Shown piece after piece: positions 1 to 12,900 of a DNA stretch of 64,000 bases. The DNA comes from Gammaproteobacteria bacterium. GTDB taxonomy: Bacteria; Pseudomonadota; Gammaproteobacteria; UBA4575. Below the pieces are notes generated by a model, which worked only from the letters and a program-made list of their open reading frames with translations, was not told the DNA's origin and made no database searches. The stretch is taken from positions 834,222 to 898,221 of the forward strand of contig CBDCUI010000008.1 of NCBI GenBank assembly GCA_965222615.1, given 5' to 3'. A program made the translations under genes and the position numbers. Position 1 is the first letter of the stretch. Every line of letters begins with the position of its first letter.

Positions 1-139
1 ATTCTACAGCACTTTCCAAATGCTTAACTTGCATAGAAACTGCAGGTTGAGTAAGAAATAGTTCTTCTGCTGCTTGAGTAAAGCTAAGGTGCTTTGCAAC
101 CACCTCAAAAATGTGTAATTGACGAAATGTGATATTCAT
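1..139 (-). CDS. cbbR: LysR-family regulator, N-terminal wHTH part (gene continues beyond window start); divergent to RuBisCO genes, CbbR-like
   Basis: Reverse complement from ATG (rc of 137-139) reads MNITFRQLHIFEVVAKHLSFTQAAEELFLTQPAVSMQVKHLESAV, the canonical LysR HTH; its divergent position upstream of cbbL is the classical cbbR arrangement. Confidence 0.8.
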   Translation of the reverse strand, partial: MNITFRQLHIFEVVAKHLSFTQAAEELFLTQPAVSMQVKHLESAVE

Positions 140-345
140 AAGTTATTACTTATGGGTATTAGGTATTAAAAAACTATTAATTATGTATATTTTAATATAA
201 AAATTTCCAATTAAAAAAATTATAAACAGTAAATATGCAGCTATATTAGCATTTATAGCCTTTAATTATATAAGTAATATCTTATGAAAATAATAATTAT
301 TATTGAATATTATTTATTATAAATCTTGGTACTCTACGCCGCTAT

Positions 346-1916
<1,571 letters not shown>

Positions 1917-1932
1917 CTAGAGGAATAATACA

Positions 1933-2352
1933 ATGCGAATTACACAAGGAGCCTTTTCATACTTACCAGATTTAACTGATGAACAGATTAAGAAGCAGGT
2001 TAAATACTGCTTAGATAATGGTTATGCAGTAAGTATTGAGTACACCGATGACCCACATCCACGTAATACCTATTGGGAGATGTGGGGAATGCCAATGTTT
2101 GATTTGAAAGATCCTGCTGGTGTCATGATGGAAATTAATGACTGCCGAAAAACATTTCCAAATCATTATATCCGGGTGGGTGCTTTTGATAGTCAACGCG
2201 GTATGGAAAGTTTGCGTTTATTATTTATTGTGAATCGTCCTGCACATGAACCAGGATTTCATTTAGAACGAGCTGAACAGCAGGGACGAAGTATTCGATA
2301 TACCACTCATGCGTATTCCACACAAAAATCTTCTGGAGAGCGCTATCAGTGA
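1933..2352 (+). CDS. cbbS: RuBisCO small subunit (red-type)
   Basis: 139-aa ORF immediately downstream of cbb[58 protein letters not shown]. Confidence 0.95.
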   Translation: MRITQGAFSYLPDLTDEQIKKQVKYCLDNGYAVSIEYTDDPHPRNTYWEMWGMPMFDLKDPAGVMMEINDCRKTFPNHYIRVGAFDSQRGMESLRLLFIVNRPAHEPGFHLERAEQQGRSIRYTTHAYSTQKSSGERYQ

Positions 2353-3326
2353 GTAATGAGAATATTACTTCAATCAAAATTTCTGATAGTGAATTAGCTA
2401 ATGAAAAATTAGTTGATCTGCAAGCAGAATTTGATACATCTAATGTACAAGAAGTACTTGATCAACTCGATCGTGAATTAGTTGGTTTAGCGCCTGTAAA
2501 AACACGCATACGAGAGATTGCAGCGTTATTACTCGTTGAGCGCGTGCGGAAATCATTTGAACTCGTTTCCGAAACGCCAACATTACATATGAGTTTTACG
2601 GGCAATCCTGGCACTGGTAAGACTACCGTTGCAATGCGTATGGCTGAAATTTTGCATCGTCTCGATTATGTACGGGAAGGGCATCTTGTATCTGTAACCC
2701 GTGATGATTTAGTCGGCCAATATATTGGGCATACAGCACCAAAAACCAAAGAAGTTATTAAAAAAGCAATGGGTGGTGTCCTGTTTATTGACGAAGCATA
2801 TTATTTATATCGACCTGAGAATGAGCGTGACTATGGTCAAGAAGCCATCGAGATTCTATTACAAATAATGGAGAACAATCGTGATGATTTGGTGGTAATT
2901 TTGGCGGGTTACAAAGAACGTATGGACACGTTTTTTAGAAGTAATCCAGGATTTCGTTCACGTATTGCACATCACCTTGAGTTTCCTGACTACTCGGCAG
3001 ATGAATTGTTAGCTATTGCTAAATTAATATTGGCACAGCAAAACTATCGTTTGAGTCAGGAAGGAGAAAGCGCATTTCGTGAATACATAGAATTACGAAT
3101 GAAACTGCCACAGTTTGCTAATGCTCGTTCAATACGTAATGCACTGGATCGAGCGAGATTACGCCAAGCAAACCGTCTATTTAAAAGTTCATCAAATCGA
3201 AAATTAATGAAGCAGGATCTTATGACTCTTGAAGCAGAAGACTTTTATGCAAGTCGTGTGTTTGCAGAAGGAAAACTAGATGAAGACCAGTTCTTAACAC
3301 AAGAATTTAAAGTGGAAGGTTTTTAA
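2349..3326 (+). CDS. cbbX: CbbX AAA+ RuBisCO activase (red-type)
   Basis: Overlaps cbbS stop by 4 nt; Walker [18 protein letters not shown] Walker B, and C-terminal features typical of CbbX. Confidence 0.93.
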   Translation: MSNENITSIKISDSELANEKLVDLQAEFDTSNVQEVLDQLDRELVGLAPVKTRIREIAALLLVERVRKSFELVSETPTLHMSFTGNPGTGKTTVAMRMAEILHRLDYVREGHLVSVTRDDLVGQYIGHTAPKTKEVIKKAMGGVLFIDEAYYLYRPENERDYGQEAIEILLQIMENNRDDLVVILAGYKERMDTFFRSNPGFRSRIAHHLEFPDYSADELLAIAKLILAQQNYRLSQEGESAFREYIELRMKLPQFANARSIRNALDRARLRQANRLFKSSSNRKLMKQDLMTLEAEDFYASRVFAEGKLDEDQFLTQEFKVEGF

Positions 3327-3331
3327 TTGTT

Positions 3332-4041
3332 TTGGGAATTTATAACATGACTCAATACAAAATAGCGCCATCAATACTTTCTGCAGACTTCGCACGTTTA
3401 GGTGAAGAAGTTGAGACTGTGATGCAAGCAGGGGCAGACATGATTCATGTTGATGTGATGGACAATCATTACGTTCCAAATCTAACTTTTGGTTCTCAAG
3501 TTTGTGAAGCTTTAAGAAATTATGGAATTGAGAAAGAAATAGATGTGCATCTGATGGTAAAGCCAGTTGACGAAATGATTCCTAAATTTGCCAAAGCTGG
3601 TGCAAATTACATCAGTTTTCATCCTGAGGCATCAGAGCATGTTGACCGTACGATTCAATTGATTAAAGACTGTGGTTGTAAAGTCGGTGTTGCACTTAAT
3701 CCTGCTACTCCTTTGAGTTGGCTCGAACAAGTTTTGAATCAAATTGATATGGTGTTGTTAATGTCAGTCAATCCTGGCTTTGGCGGTCAAAAATTTATCC
3801 CATATATTTTCGGCAAGATAAAAAAGCTCGAGAACTAATCGATCGTACTGGTAGAGATATTCTTTTAGAAGTCGACGGTGGAATTAAGATCAGCAATATT
3901 AGAAATGTTGCAGATGCAGGCGCAGATACTTTTGTAGCAGGTTCCGCAATATTTGGTTGTAGAGATTATGAGGCTGCAATAGCAGCGATGCGCAGTGAAC
4001 TAACGGTAACACAAACTCGCGATGCTACTAAAGCAGCATAG
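3332..4041 (+). pseudogene. rpe: ribulose-phosphate 3-epimerase, reading frame broken by a -1 shift in the A6 run at 3820-3825 (N-part 3332-3838, C-part continues in frame +2 to TAG 4039-4041)
   Basis: N-terminal part ...[23 protein letters not shown] stops at 3838. Frame +2 reads [46 protein letters not shown]..., the conserved Rpe C-terminus. Inserting one A restores ...[14 protein letters not shown]... Confidence 0.85.
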
Positions 4042-4060
4042 TAACTAACAGGAGAATTAA

Positions 4061-6106
4061 ATGAGTGTAAGTCGAAGATACCTCGCCAATGCAATTAGAG
4101 CACTATCTATGGATGCCGTTGAGAAAGCTCAATCTGGTCATCCTGGAATGCCAATGGGGATGGCTGATATTGCGGAAGTACTTTGGAATGACTACTTAAA
4201 ACATTCTCCATCGAATCCCACCTGGGTAGATCGAGACCGGTTTGTTGTATCAAATGGACATGGTTCGATGTTGTTATATTCATTGTTACATTTATCTGGT
4301 TATGAAATATCGATAGATGATATTAAACAATTTCGTCAATTCGATTCAATTACTCCTGGTCATCCAGAGTATGGTGAAACACCGGGTGTAGAGACAACAA
4401 CTGGTCCTTTAGGACAAGGGCTTGCAAATGCAGTTGGCATGGCTATCGCTGAGCGCGTGTTGGCCGCTCAATTTAATAAAAAGAATCATAAAATTGTAGA
4501 TCACTATACGTATGTGTTTGTAGGCGATGGCTGTCTTATGGAAGGAATTTCCCATGAAGCATGTTCTTTAGCTGGCACATTAGGTTTGGGAAAATTAATT
4601 GTATTTTATGATGACAATAATATATCAATTGATGGTGATATTGATGGTTGGTTTACTGATGATACTCCGCAACGATTTCATGCATATGGTTGGCAAGTAA
4701 TACCTGATGTCGATGGCCATAATACTGTACAGATTAAATCTGCAATCGAACAAGCTAAAAATAATACCGACGGTCCAACACTAATCTGCTGTAAAACCAA
4801 AATTGGTTGGGGTGCACCTAATAAAGAGGGTAAAGAAGCATGTCATGGTGCTCCATTAGGTAAAGAAGAAATTGAACTAACACGTGAAAATATTGCCTGG
4901 ACGCATCCGCCTTTTGAAATTCCGGATAAAATATATAAAGGTTGGAATGCAATTTCAAAAGGCAAAACAGCTGAAAAAGCTTGGCATGCAAAGTTTGATC
5001 GTTATAAACAAGTTTTTCCAAAACTTGCAGCAGAGTTTGAGCGACGCATAGCAGGTCAGTTACCTGAAGAATGGGATTCAACTGTACAAAAGTTTATATC
5101 TGAAGTTAATTCGAAAGCTGAAAGTGTTGCTACACGTAAGGCGTCACAAAATTCTCTTGACGTATATAGTCAAGTTCTTCCTGAATTGATTGGTGGCTCT
5201 GCAGATTTAGCAGGTTCAAATCTCACAATTTGTTCCAGTACAAAACCAATAACACGCGACGATTTAGATGGAAATTATATTTATTTTGGAGTGCGTGAAT
5301 TTGCAATGTCAGCAATCACAAATGGAATATCTTTGCATGGAAGTTTTAAACCTTTTTGTGCAACATTTTTAATGTTCTCAGAATATGCGCGTAATGCATT
5401 ACGTATGTCTGCATTAATGAATCTTCCAAGTATATTTATATTTACACATGATTCCGTTGCGCTTGGAGAAGATGGTCCCACGCATCAACCAATTGAACAA
5501 ACTGCTACGCTACGTTTAATTCCCAATATGTTAGTTTGGCGACCTGCAGATTCAGTAGAATCTGCTGTTGCTTGGAAAACAGCAGTTGCAAGGTCTAAGG
5601 GTCCAGTAAGTCTATTGTTTAGTCGCCAAAGTGTTGACCACATAGAGCGCTCTGCGCAACAGCTTCAGAATATTGAACGTGGTGGTTATGTGTTACGAGA
5701 TTGTACAGTTTTTCCAGAAGCCATCATTATTGCCACAGGCTCTGAAGTTGCGATTGCTATTAAAGCCTGGGAAATATTAACAGAGAATAAAATTCAAGTA
5801 CGACTAGTGTCGATGCCTTCTACTGATGTATTTGATGCTCAAGATGAAGAGTATAAAAACTCAGTATTACCTGATGAGGTAAATAATCGAATAGTTGTTG
5901 AGGCTGGTGTAAGTGATGGTTGGCAAAAATATGCTGGTCGTACAGGAAAAATAATCGGTATTGATTCTTTTGGGAAATCTGCGCCGGGAGATAAGTTATT
6001 ACAACATTTTGGAATTACTACTGACAATATTGTGTTTGCAGTTAAATCAGGTTTTCAACAAGACTCAAGCAAAAAAACACGTGCAAAAGTTTTGCAAATT
6101 GCATAG
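4061..6106 (+). CDS. tkt: transketolase
   Basis: 681 aa; [17 protein letters not shown], thiamine-PP motif [14 protein letters not shown]-terminal transketolase domain. Confidence 0.95.
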   Translation: MSVSRRYLANAIRALSMDAVEKAQSGHPGMPMGMADIAEVLWNDYLKHSPSNPTWVDRDRFVVSNGHGSMLLYSLLHLSGYEISIDDIKQFRQFDSITPGHPEYGETPGVETTTGPLGQGLANAVGMAIAERVLAAQFNKKNHKIVDHYTYVFVGDGCLMEGISHEACSLAGTLGLGKLIVFYDDNNISIDGDIDGWFTDDTPQRFHAYGWQVIPDVDGHNTVQIKSAIEQAKNNTDGPTLICCKTKIGWGAPNKEGKEACHGAPLGKEEIELTRENIAWTHPPFEIPDKIYKGWNAISKGKTAEKAWHAKFDRYKQVFPKLAAEFERRIAGQLPEEWDSTVQKFISEVNSKAESVATRKASQNSLDVYSQVLPELIGGSADLAGSNLTICSSTKPITRDDLDGNYIYFGVREFAMSAITNGISLHGSFKPFCATFLMFSEYARNALRMSALMNLPSIFIFTHDSVALGEDGPTHQPIEQTATLRLIPNMLVWRPADSVESAVAWKTAVARSKGPVSLLFSRQSVDHIERSAQQLQNIERGGYVLRDCTVFPEAIIIATGSEVAIAIKAWEILTENKIQVRLVSMPSTDVFDAQDEEYKNSVLPDEVNNRIVVEAGVSDGWQKYAGRTGKIIGIDSFGKSAPGDKLLQHFGITTDNIVFAVKSGFQQDSSKKTRAKVLQIA

Positions 6107-6119
6107 TAGGTGAATACCA

Positions 6120-7184
6120 ATGTCATTAATTACATTAAGACAATTACTCGAGCATGCGGCAGAGCATAATTATGGTGTTCCCGCGTTTAACGTAAATAAT
6201 ATGGAACAAATCCAAGCAATTATGGAAGCGGCTGACGAAACAGACAGTCCAATAATCGTACAGGCTTCTGCTGGGGCACGAAAATATGCTGGACCAATAT
6301 TTCTGCGCCACTTAATTGAAGCCTCAGTCGAAACTTGGCCACATATTCCAGTGGTGGTTCATCAAGACCATGGTGCCTCTCCAGCAGTATGTTTGCGATC
6401 GATTCAACTTGGGTTTAGTTCGGTGATGATGGATGGTTCATTAGGGGAAGATATGAAAACGCCCATGTCTTTGGAATATAACATCGATGTTACAAAAAAA
6501 GTTACTGATATGGCGCACGCATGTGGTGTATCGGTAGAAGGTGAATTAGGTTGTTTGGGGTCGTTAGAAACAAAACAAGCTGGAGAAGAAGATGGGTCAG
6601 GGGCAGAAGGAATATTAACTCAGGATCAATTACTAACTGATCCAGATGAAGCGGTAAAGTTTGTGAATGAGACTAAAGTTGATGCACTTGCGCTAGCGAT
6701 TGGCACTAGCCATGGTGCCTACAAATTTTCACGTCCACCAACAGGAGATATTCTTGCAATCGACCGAATAAAACAGATACACAAACGATTGCCAGATACC
6801 TATTTAGTCATGCACGGTTCTTCATCTGTTCCTCAAGAGTGGTTGCAGATCATCAATAACTATGGTGGAGATATGGGTCAGACATATGGTGTTCCGGTAG
6901 AAGAAATACAAGAAGGTATTGCGCATGGTGTTCGTAAAATAAATATCGATACGGACTTACGTATGGCAAGTACTGGAGCAGTGCGCAAATTCTTAAAAGA
7001 AAATGCTAAAGATTTTGATCCGCGCAAATTTTTATCTGCTTCAACTTTAGCGATGAAAAATATATGCAAAGCGCGTTTTGAAGCGTTTGGTTGTGCAGGT
7101 CATGCTTCGAGAATAAGACCAATTAGTTTAGAGAATATGACTGCTCGTTATCTATCTGGTGAACTCGAACCAAGAGTTCACTAA
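6120..7184 (+). CDS. fba: class II fructose-1,6-bisphosphate aldolase (Calvin-cycle subtype)
   Basis: 354 aa; [31 protein letters not shown]...HQDHG motifs of class II FBA. Confidence 0.93.
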   Translation: MSLITLRQLLEHAAEHNYGVPAFNVNNMEQIQAIMEAADETDSPIIVQASAGARKYAGPIFLRHLIEASVETWPHIPVVVHQDHGASPAVCLRSIQLGFSSVMMDGSLGEDMKTPMSLEYNIDVTKKVTDMAHACGVSVEGELGCLGSLETKQAGEEDGSGAEGILTQDQLLTDPDEAVKFVNETKVDALALAIGTSHGAYKFSRPPTGDILAIDRIKQIHKRLPDTYLVMHGSSSVPQEWLQIINNYGGDMGQTYGVPVEEIQEGIAHGVRKINIDTDLRMASTGAVRKFLKENAKDFDPRKFLSASTLAMKNICKARFEAFGCAGHASRIRPISLENMTARYLSGELEPRVH

Positions 7185-7262
7185 GAAGTGTCTAATGATG
7201 TAATTTCAAATGATAAAAAATAGTAGAAATGATTCTACAAAAAATATATTTCGAGGTGCTAT

Positions 7263-8192
7263 GTGATGTCAATTAAACACCCAATAATTGCTGTAACAGG
7301 ATCATCGGGCGCAGGGACAACATCGGTTAAAAGTGCTTTCGAGCATATCTTCACGAGGGAAGGTATTTTCCCTTGTGTTATAGAAGGCGATAGCTTTCAT
7401 CGTTTTGAGCGCAGTGAAATGAAGGAAGAAGCTAAAAAAGCTTTAGAGAAAGGTATAAATTTTAGTCATTTTGGACCAGAGGCAAATCTTTTCGAAGAAT
7501 TAGAAAAGGAATTTGTATGCTATGGAGAAACTGGAACTTGTAAAGTACGTAAGTACCTTCATGACGAAGAACAAGCTATACCCTATAACCAAAGACCAGG
7601 TACTTTCACACCATGGGAAAAATTTACTGAAGAAACGGATTTATTATTCTATGAAGGGTTACATGGGGGGGTCGTAAATGACAATGTGAACATAGCTGCA
7701 CAAGTTGATTTACTAATCGGTGTGGTGCCAGTCGTAAATTTAGAGTGGATACAAAAGATTCACCGCGACATTGCCGAAAGAGGTTATCAGCCTCATGACG
7801 TAACGAACACAATCCTGCGTCGTATGTATGATTATATTCACTATATCACACCACAATTTTCGATGACAGATGTAAATTTTCAACGAGTCCCTACGGTAGA
7901 TACGTCGAATCCATTTATTGCTCGAGACATACCGACACCCGACGAAAGTTTTGTGGTCATACGTTTTAAAAATCCAGAAAAATTAAACGTAGATTTTTGT
8001 TACTTGCAAACAATGATTAATGGTTCATTTATGTCGAGGCGCAACTCTATTGTCGTACCAGGTGGAAAAATGGGGCTTGCTATAGAAATTATATTTGCTC
8101 CGATCATTGAAGGATTAGTGCAAGAGTCTCGGAGACTAAGGAATAAACTTGATGAAAAGAAGCCAATGTACTCAGGTATGCACGCAGTGTAG
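7263..8192 (+). CDS. prk: phosphoribulokinase
   Basis: 309 aa; P-loop IIAVTGSSGAGTTSV and full-length PRK similarity. Confidence 0.93.
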   Translation: MMSIKHPIIAVTGSSGAGTTSVKSAFEHIFTREGIFPCVIEGDSFHRFERSEMKEEAKKALEKGINFSHFGPEANLFEELEKEFVCYGETGTCKVRKYLHDEEQAIPYNQRPGTFTPWEKFTEETDLLFYEGLHGGVVNDNVNIAAQVDLLIGVVPVVNLEWIQKIHRDIAERGYQPHDVTNTILRRMYDYIHYITPQFSMTDVNFQRVPTVDTSNPFIARDIPTPDESFVVIRFKNPEKLNVDFCYLQTMINGSFMSRRNSIVVPGGKMGLAIEIIFAPIIEGLVQESRRLRNKLDEKKPMYSGMHAV

Positions 8193-8278
8193 AGGTAAAT
8201 TTTTTAATCAAATACTTAAAAATGATCAGGAAATTTTTAATTTAGATTTCTATCACATAGGAAAGTGAGGTTATAGGT

Positions 8279-8749
8279 ATGATACATATTCTCCCAGTAA
8301 CAAATTGGTGGCCTTTTAAATTACACCAAGAAGAGAATCGATACAGCTCGGCTCTTGGAAAAACTAATGTAGTAGAGCTAGATCAAAATATTGAGTTAGA
8401 TGGAAATAATGCGCTTGCTATTTTAGCCTATGGCGAGATTATAGAACACATGGACATAGGTTGCGAATTAATTGATTCACTACTTGTAGAAGAGATGACT
8501 AATATTTTAAATAATAATCGAGGACAAAATGAGCTTTATGATCCTCAAAACATTTCTAAAAGTTTGTTGCCAACTGCAAAGGAAGTATTACATAAATATT
8601 ATTCAAAATATAAAAAATACTCAAATAATTGTGAAGATATTTGCCGCTGTGTGCATAATGAATGTGATATTGAATTTCTTAAATTCATTACGCATATATA
8701 TGCTCGAGCATTTATCAAACAGTTTTATTGGCAGGAGTGTTGTGCTTGA
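8279..8749 (+). CDS. hypothetical protein, AT-rich ORFan with Cys-rich C-terminus (NNCEDICRCVHNECD...QECCA), inserted between prk and cbbY
   Basis: 156-aa ORF in a roughly 33% GC segment. A 470-nt open frame in such AT-rich DNA is unlikely by chance. No recognisable family. Confidence 0.45.
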   Translation: MIHILPVTNWWPFKLHQEENRYSSALGKTNVVELDQNIELDGNNALAILAYGEIIEHMDIGCELIDSLLVEEMTNILNNNRGQNELYDPQNISKSLLPTAKEVLHKYYSKYKKYSNNCEDICRCVHNECDIEFLKFITHIYARAFIKQFYWQECCA

Positions 8750-8821
8750 TAACAAGGAGAAGCTTAATTGGTAAGATATCATCGATTTATATTAATTTAC
8801 TATATTGGTTACTAATCAAAC

Positions 8822-9577
8822 TTGAAACTTACCACTTTGCTATTTGATATAGATGGCACACTTGCAGAAACTGAAGAAAATCATCGCAAATCGTTTAATT
8901 TAGCTTTTCAGCAGGCGGGGTTAAACTGGTCTTGGTCAAGATCGTTATACTGTAATTTACTGTCTATTGCTGGCGGTAAGGAACGTATTCGTTATTTCGT
9001 AGACCAATACTCTCCAGACTTTGTAAAGCCGAAAAATTTAACTGGCTTCATAGCTGATCTACATGCAAACAAAACAAAAATATATTATCAGTTGTTGAAA
9101 CAAGGCTGTGTGCCATTACGACCAGGTGTAAGGCGCATAATACAGGAGGCACGCCAAACTGGGATTCGCTTAGGTATTGTTACGACAACTACACCAAAAA
9201 ATGTTTCAATTTTGCTACAAAGAAGTCTTACACCAGATTCACCGAGCTGGTTTGATGTAATCGCAGCAGGTAGTGTAGTTCCTAGAAAAAAACCTGCACC
9301 TGATATTTATCTTTATGCATTACAGCAACTAAATGAAAATCCCCAATCATGTCTGGCAATCGAAGATTCGGAAAATGGATTACATTCAGCAGTGCAAGCA
9401 GGATTGAAAACTATTATAACGGTAAGCGAGTACTCACAAGGGCAAAATTTTAGTGAAGCGGTTTTAACTGTCGATCATTTGGGTGAACCAGATCTACCAT
9501 CTACTGCGATCAAAGGGGCTTTGAATGAAAATTCTTATGTCGATCTTACCTTGTTAATGAATATCTGTAAGAATTGA
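8822..9577 (+). CDS. cbbY: HAD-family hydrolase, CbbY-like (xylulose-1,5-bisphosphate phosphatase family); TTG start
   Basis: 251 aa; HAD motif I LLFDIDGTLAETE, motif IV IEDSENGLHSAVQAGL; position at the 3' end of the cbb operon. Confidence 0.8.
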   Translation: MKLTTLLFDIDGTLAETEENHRKSFNLAFQQAGLNWSWSRSLYCNLLSIAGGKERIRYFVDQYSPDFVKPKNLTGFIADLHANKTKIYYQLLKQGCVPLRPGVRRIIQEARQTGIRLGIVTTTTPKNVSILLQRSLTPDSPSWFDVIAAGSVVPRKKPAPDIYLYALQQLNENPQSCLAIEDSENGLHSAVQAGLKTIITVSEYSQGQNFSEAVLTVDHLGEPDLPSTAIKGALNENSYVDLTLLMNICKN

Positions 9578-9909
9578 TGATTGCAATATTCGTATGCATT
9601 AGCTTATTTGAATACGTGAAGATTCGTAACTATTGTCTTTAATACTATCGTTAAAAATGTAACTAACTGAATTGAATGTAGTAATGATAGTAATGAATAT
9701 GATGTATGCATTTTTAATTACACTTTATAAGGCTCTTCGGCAAAGCTGAGAATATAAGAAATACCTAGCTAGGTGCCCTAATAATTCAAAATCCGTCACA
9801 TATCGGCGAATCTGTCAGTATTTTTCCTAAATTTCTAAGACTTGTGGTCGAAATCTTAATGCGGATAAGTACGCATTTTAGATTATCAACACTACAAGGA
9901 TGTTTAATC

Positions 9910-12900
9910 ATGGCGATTTTTGATGCTTTTAAACAGTGGACAGAAAAAGTTTTAGATAAAGTCCAATCGAACGATGAAAAAATTTTAGAAGAGTTATATC
10001 AGGACCAGATAAATTCTGATTTTCCAAGAGAAGAGCTGTTTAAGCAGAATATTTTTATGGGTGACACAACCCGTGCCGAGCGCGTTGGTGAAGAGGTGGC
10101 TTCTGAAGAAACTTCTGCTAGTGTAGATGAAGGTATTAAACCAAGAGAAATTCAGTCTAATACGTTTAATAATTCTGAAGCAGGCCATGACAATGTTCCT
10201 GAATTTTCAGAATTAAATCGTACTACAAACTCAAATAATAATTTTGAGTCAAGCAATAACATACAATCTTTTTCTAACAACGGCTTCGTGTCACCTAGTG
10301 ACTTAAATAGTGATACTCAACTAAATCCAGTTTCTGCACTTCTTAATGAATACGATTCGCCATTTACCACTGATGGTATAAGTCAGGGTATTGAACCTAA
10401 TCCTGGTGGTAATGCTCCATCCAACTCTAATATAAGTCCTGTCGTTGATGCCAATGTATCAGACAATATCGTTAGCGAAAGCGCCCCAGTGGGTGCAGTT
10501 ATAGGTGTTACTGCTTTCGCTTTTGATAGTGACGGCAGTGACAGTGTGAGTTACAGCTTAGCGAGTGGCAGCTTGGATAACGATGCGTTTGCGATCGATG
10601 CGGTCACGGGTGAAGTGACGGTTGCGGATGCGAGTGCGCTGGACTTTGAGAATGATGCGTTGATGCAAATCGAAGTGACGGCGACGAGTACGGATGGTTC
10701 GAGCGGTACGCAAGTGTTCAACATCGCGATCACGGATGACACGAGTGAATTTAGCATTGGTGCGGTGAGTGATGTGGATGCGAGTGCGAACAGTGTGAGT
10801 GAAAGTGCGAATGTGGGTGACGTGGTGGGGGTAACCGCGTTTGCCGAAGACTTGGATGGCAGTGACAGTGTGAGTTACAGCTTAGCGAGTGGCAGCTTGG
10901 ATAACGATGCGTTTGCGATCGATGCGGTCACGGGTGAAGTGACGGTTGCGGATGCGAGTGCGCTGGACTTTGAGAATGATGCGTTGATGCAAATCGAAGT
11001 GACGGCGACGAGTACGGATGGTTCGAGCGGTACGCAAGTGTTCAACATCGCGATCACGGATGACACGAGTGAATTTAGCATTGGTGCGGTGAGTGATGTG
11101 GATGCGAGTGCGAACAGTGTGAGTGAAAGTGCGAATGTGGGTGACGTGGTGGGGGTAACCGCGTTTGCCGAAGACTTGGATGGCAGTGACAGTGTGAGTT
11201 ACAGCTTAGCGAGTGGCAGCTTGGATAACGATGCGTTTGCGATCGATGCGGTCACGGGTGAAGTGACGGTTGCGGATGCGAGTGCGCTGGACTTTGAGAA
11301 TGATGCGTTGATGCAAATCGAAGTGACGGCGACGAGTACGGATGGTTCGAGCGGTACGCAAGTGTTCAACATCGCGATCACGGATGACACGAGTGAATTT
11401 AGCATTGGTGCGGTGAGTGATGTGGATGCGAGTGCGAACAGTGTGAGTGAAAGTGCGAATGTGGGTGACGTGGTGGGGGTAACCGCGTTTGCCGAAGACT
11501 TGGATGGCAGTGACAGTGTGAGTTACAGCTTAGCGAGTGGCAGCTTGGATAACGATGCGTTTGCGATCGATGCGGTCACGGGTGAAGTGACGGTTGCGGA
11601 TGCGAGTGCGCTGGACTTTGAGAATGATGCGTTGATGCAAATCGAAGTGACGGCGACGAGTACGGATGGTTCGAGCGGTACGCAAGTGTTCAACATCGCG
11701 ATCACGGATGACACGAGTGAATTTAGCATTGGTGCGGTGAGTGATGTGGATGCGAGTGCGAACAGTGTGAGTGAAAGTGCGAATGTGGGTGACGTGGTGG
11801 GGGTAACCGCGTTTGCCGAAGACTTGGATGGCAGTGACAGTGTGAGTTACAGCTTAGCGAGTGGCAGCTTGGATAACGATGCGTTTGCGATCGATGCGGT
11901 CACGGGTGAAGTGACGGTTGCGGATGCGAGTGCGCTGGACTTTGAGAATGATGCGTTGATGCAAATCGAAGTGACGGCGACGAGTACGGATGGTTCGAGC
12001 AGTACGCAAGTGTTCAACATCGCGATCACGGATGACACGAGTGAATTTAGCATTGGTGCGGTGAGTGATGTGGATGCGAGTGCGAACAGTGTGAGTGAAA
12101 GTGCGAATGTGGGTGACGTGGTGGGGGTAACCGCGTTTGCCGAAGACTTGGATGGCAGTGACAGTGTGAGTTACAGCTTAGCGAGTGGCAGCTTGGATAA
12201 CGATGCGTTTGCGATCGATGCGGTCACGGGTGAAGTGACGGTTGCGGATGCGAGTGCGCTGGACTTTGAGAATGATGCGTTGATGCAAATCGAAGTGACG
12301 GCGACGAGTACGGATGGTTCGAGCGGTACGCAAGTGTTCAACATCGCGATCACGGATGACACGAGTGAATTTAGCATTGGTGCGGTGAGTGATGTGGATG
12401 CGAGTGCGAACAGTGTGAGTGAAAGTGCGAATGTGGGTGACGTGGTGGGGGTAACCGCGTTTGCCGAAGACTTGGATGGCAGTGACAGTGTGAGTTACAG
12501 CTTAGCGAGTGGCAGCTTGGATAACGATGCGTTTGCGATCGATGCGGTCACGGGTGAAGTGACGGTTGCGGATGCGAGTGCGCTGGACTTTGAGAATGAT
12601 GCGTTGATGCAAATCGAAGTGACGGCGACGAGTACGGATGGTTCGAGCGGTACGCAAGTGTTCAACATCGCGATCACGGATGACACGAGTGAATTTAGCA
12701 TTGGTGCGGTGAGTGATGTGGATGCGAGTGCGAACAGTGTGAGTGAAAGTGCGAATGTGGGTGACGTGGTGGGGGTAACCGCGTTTGCCGAAGACTTGGA
12801 TGGCAGTGACAGTGTGAGTTACAGCTTAGCGAGTGGCAGCTTGGATAACGATGCGTTTGCGATCGATGCGGTCACGGGTGAAGTGACGGTTGCGGATGCG

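Noticed and set aside
8529-8774. 81-aa plus-strand ORF overlapping the 3' half of the ORFan 8279-8749 in another frame
   Set aside because: Shorter alternative frame in the same AT-rich segment. The longer frame starting at 8279 with a GAAAGTGAGG-type RBS is preferred, but neither has homology support.
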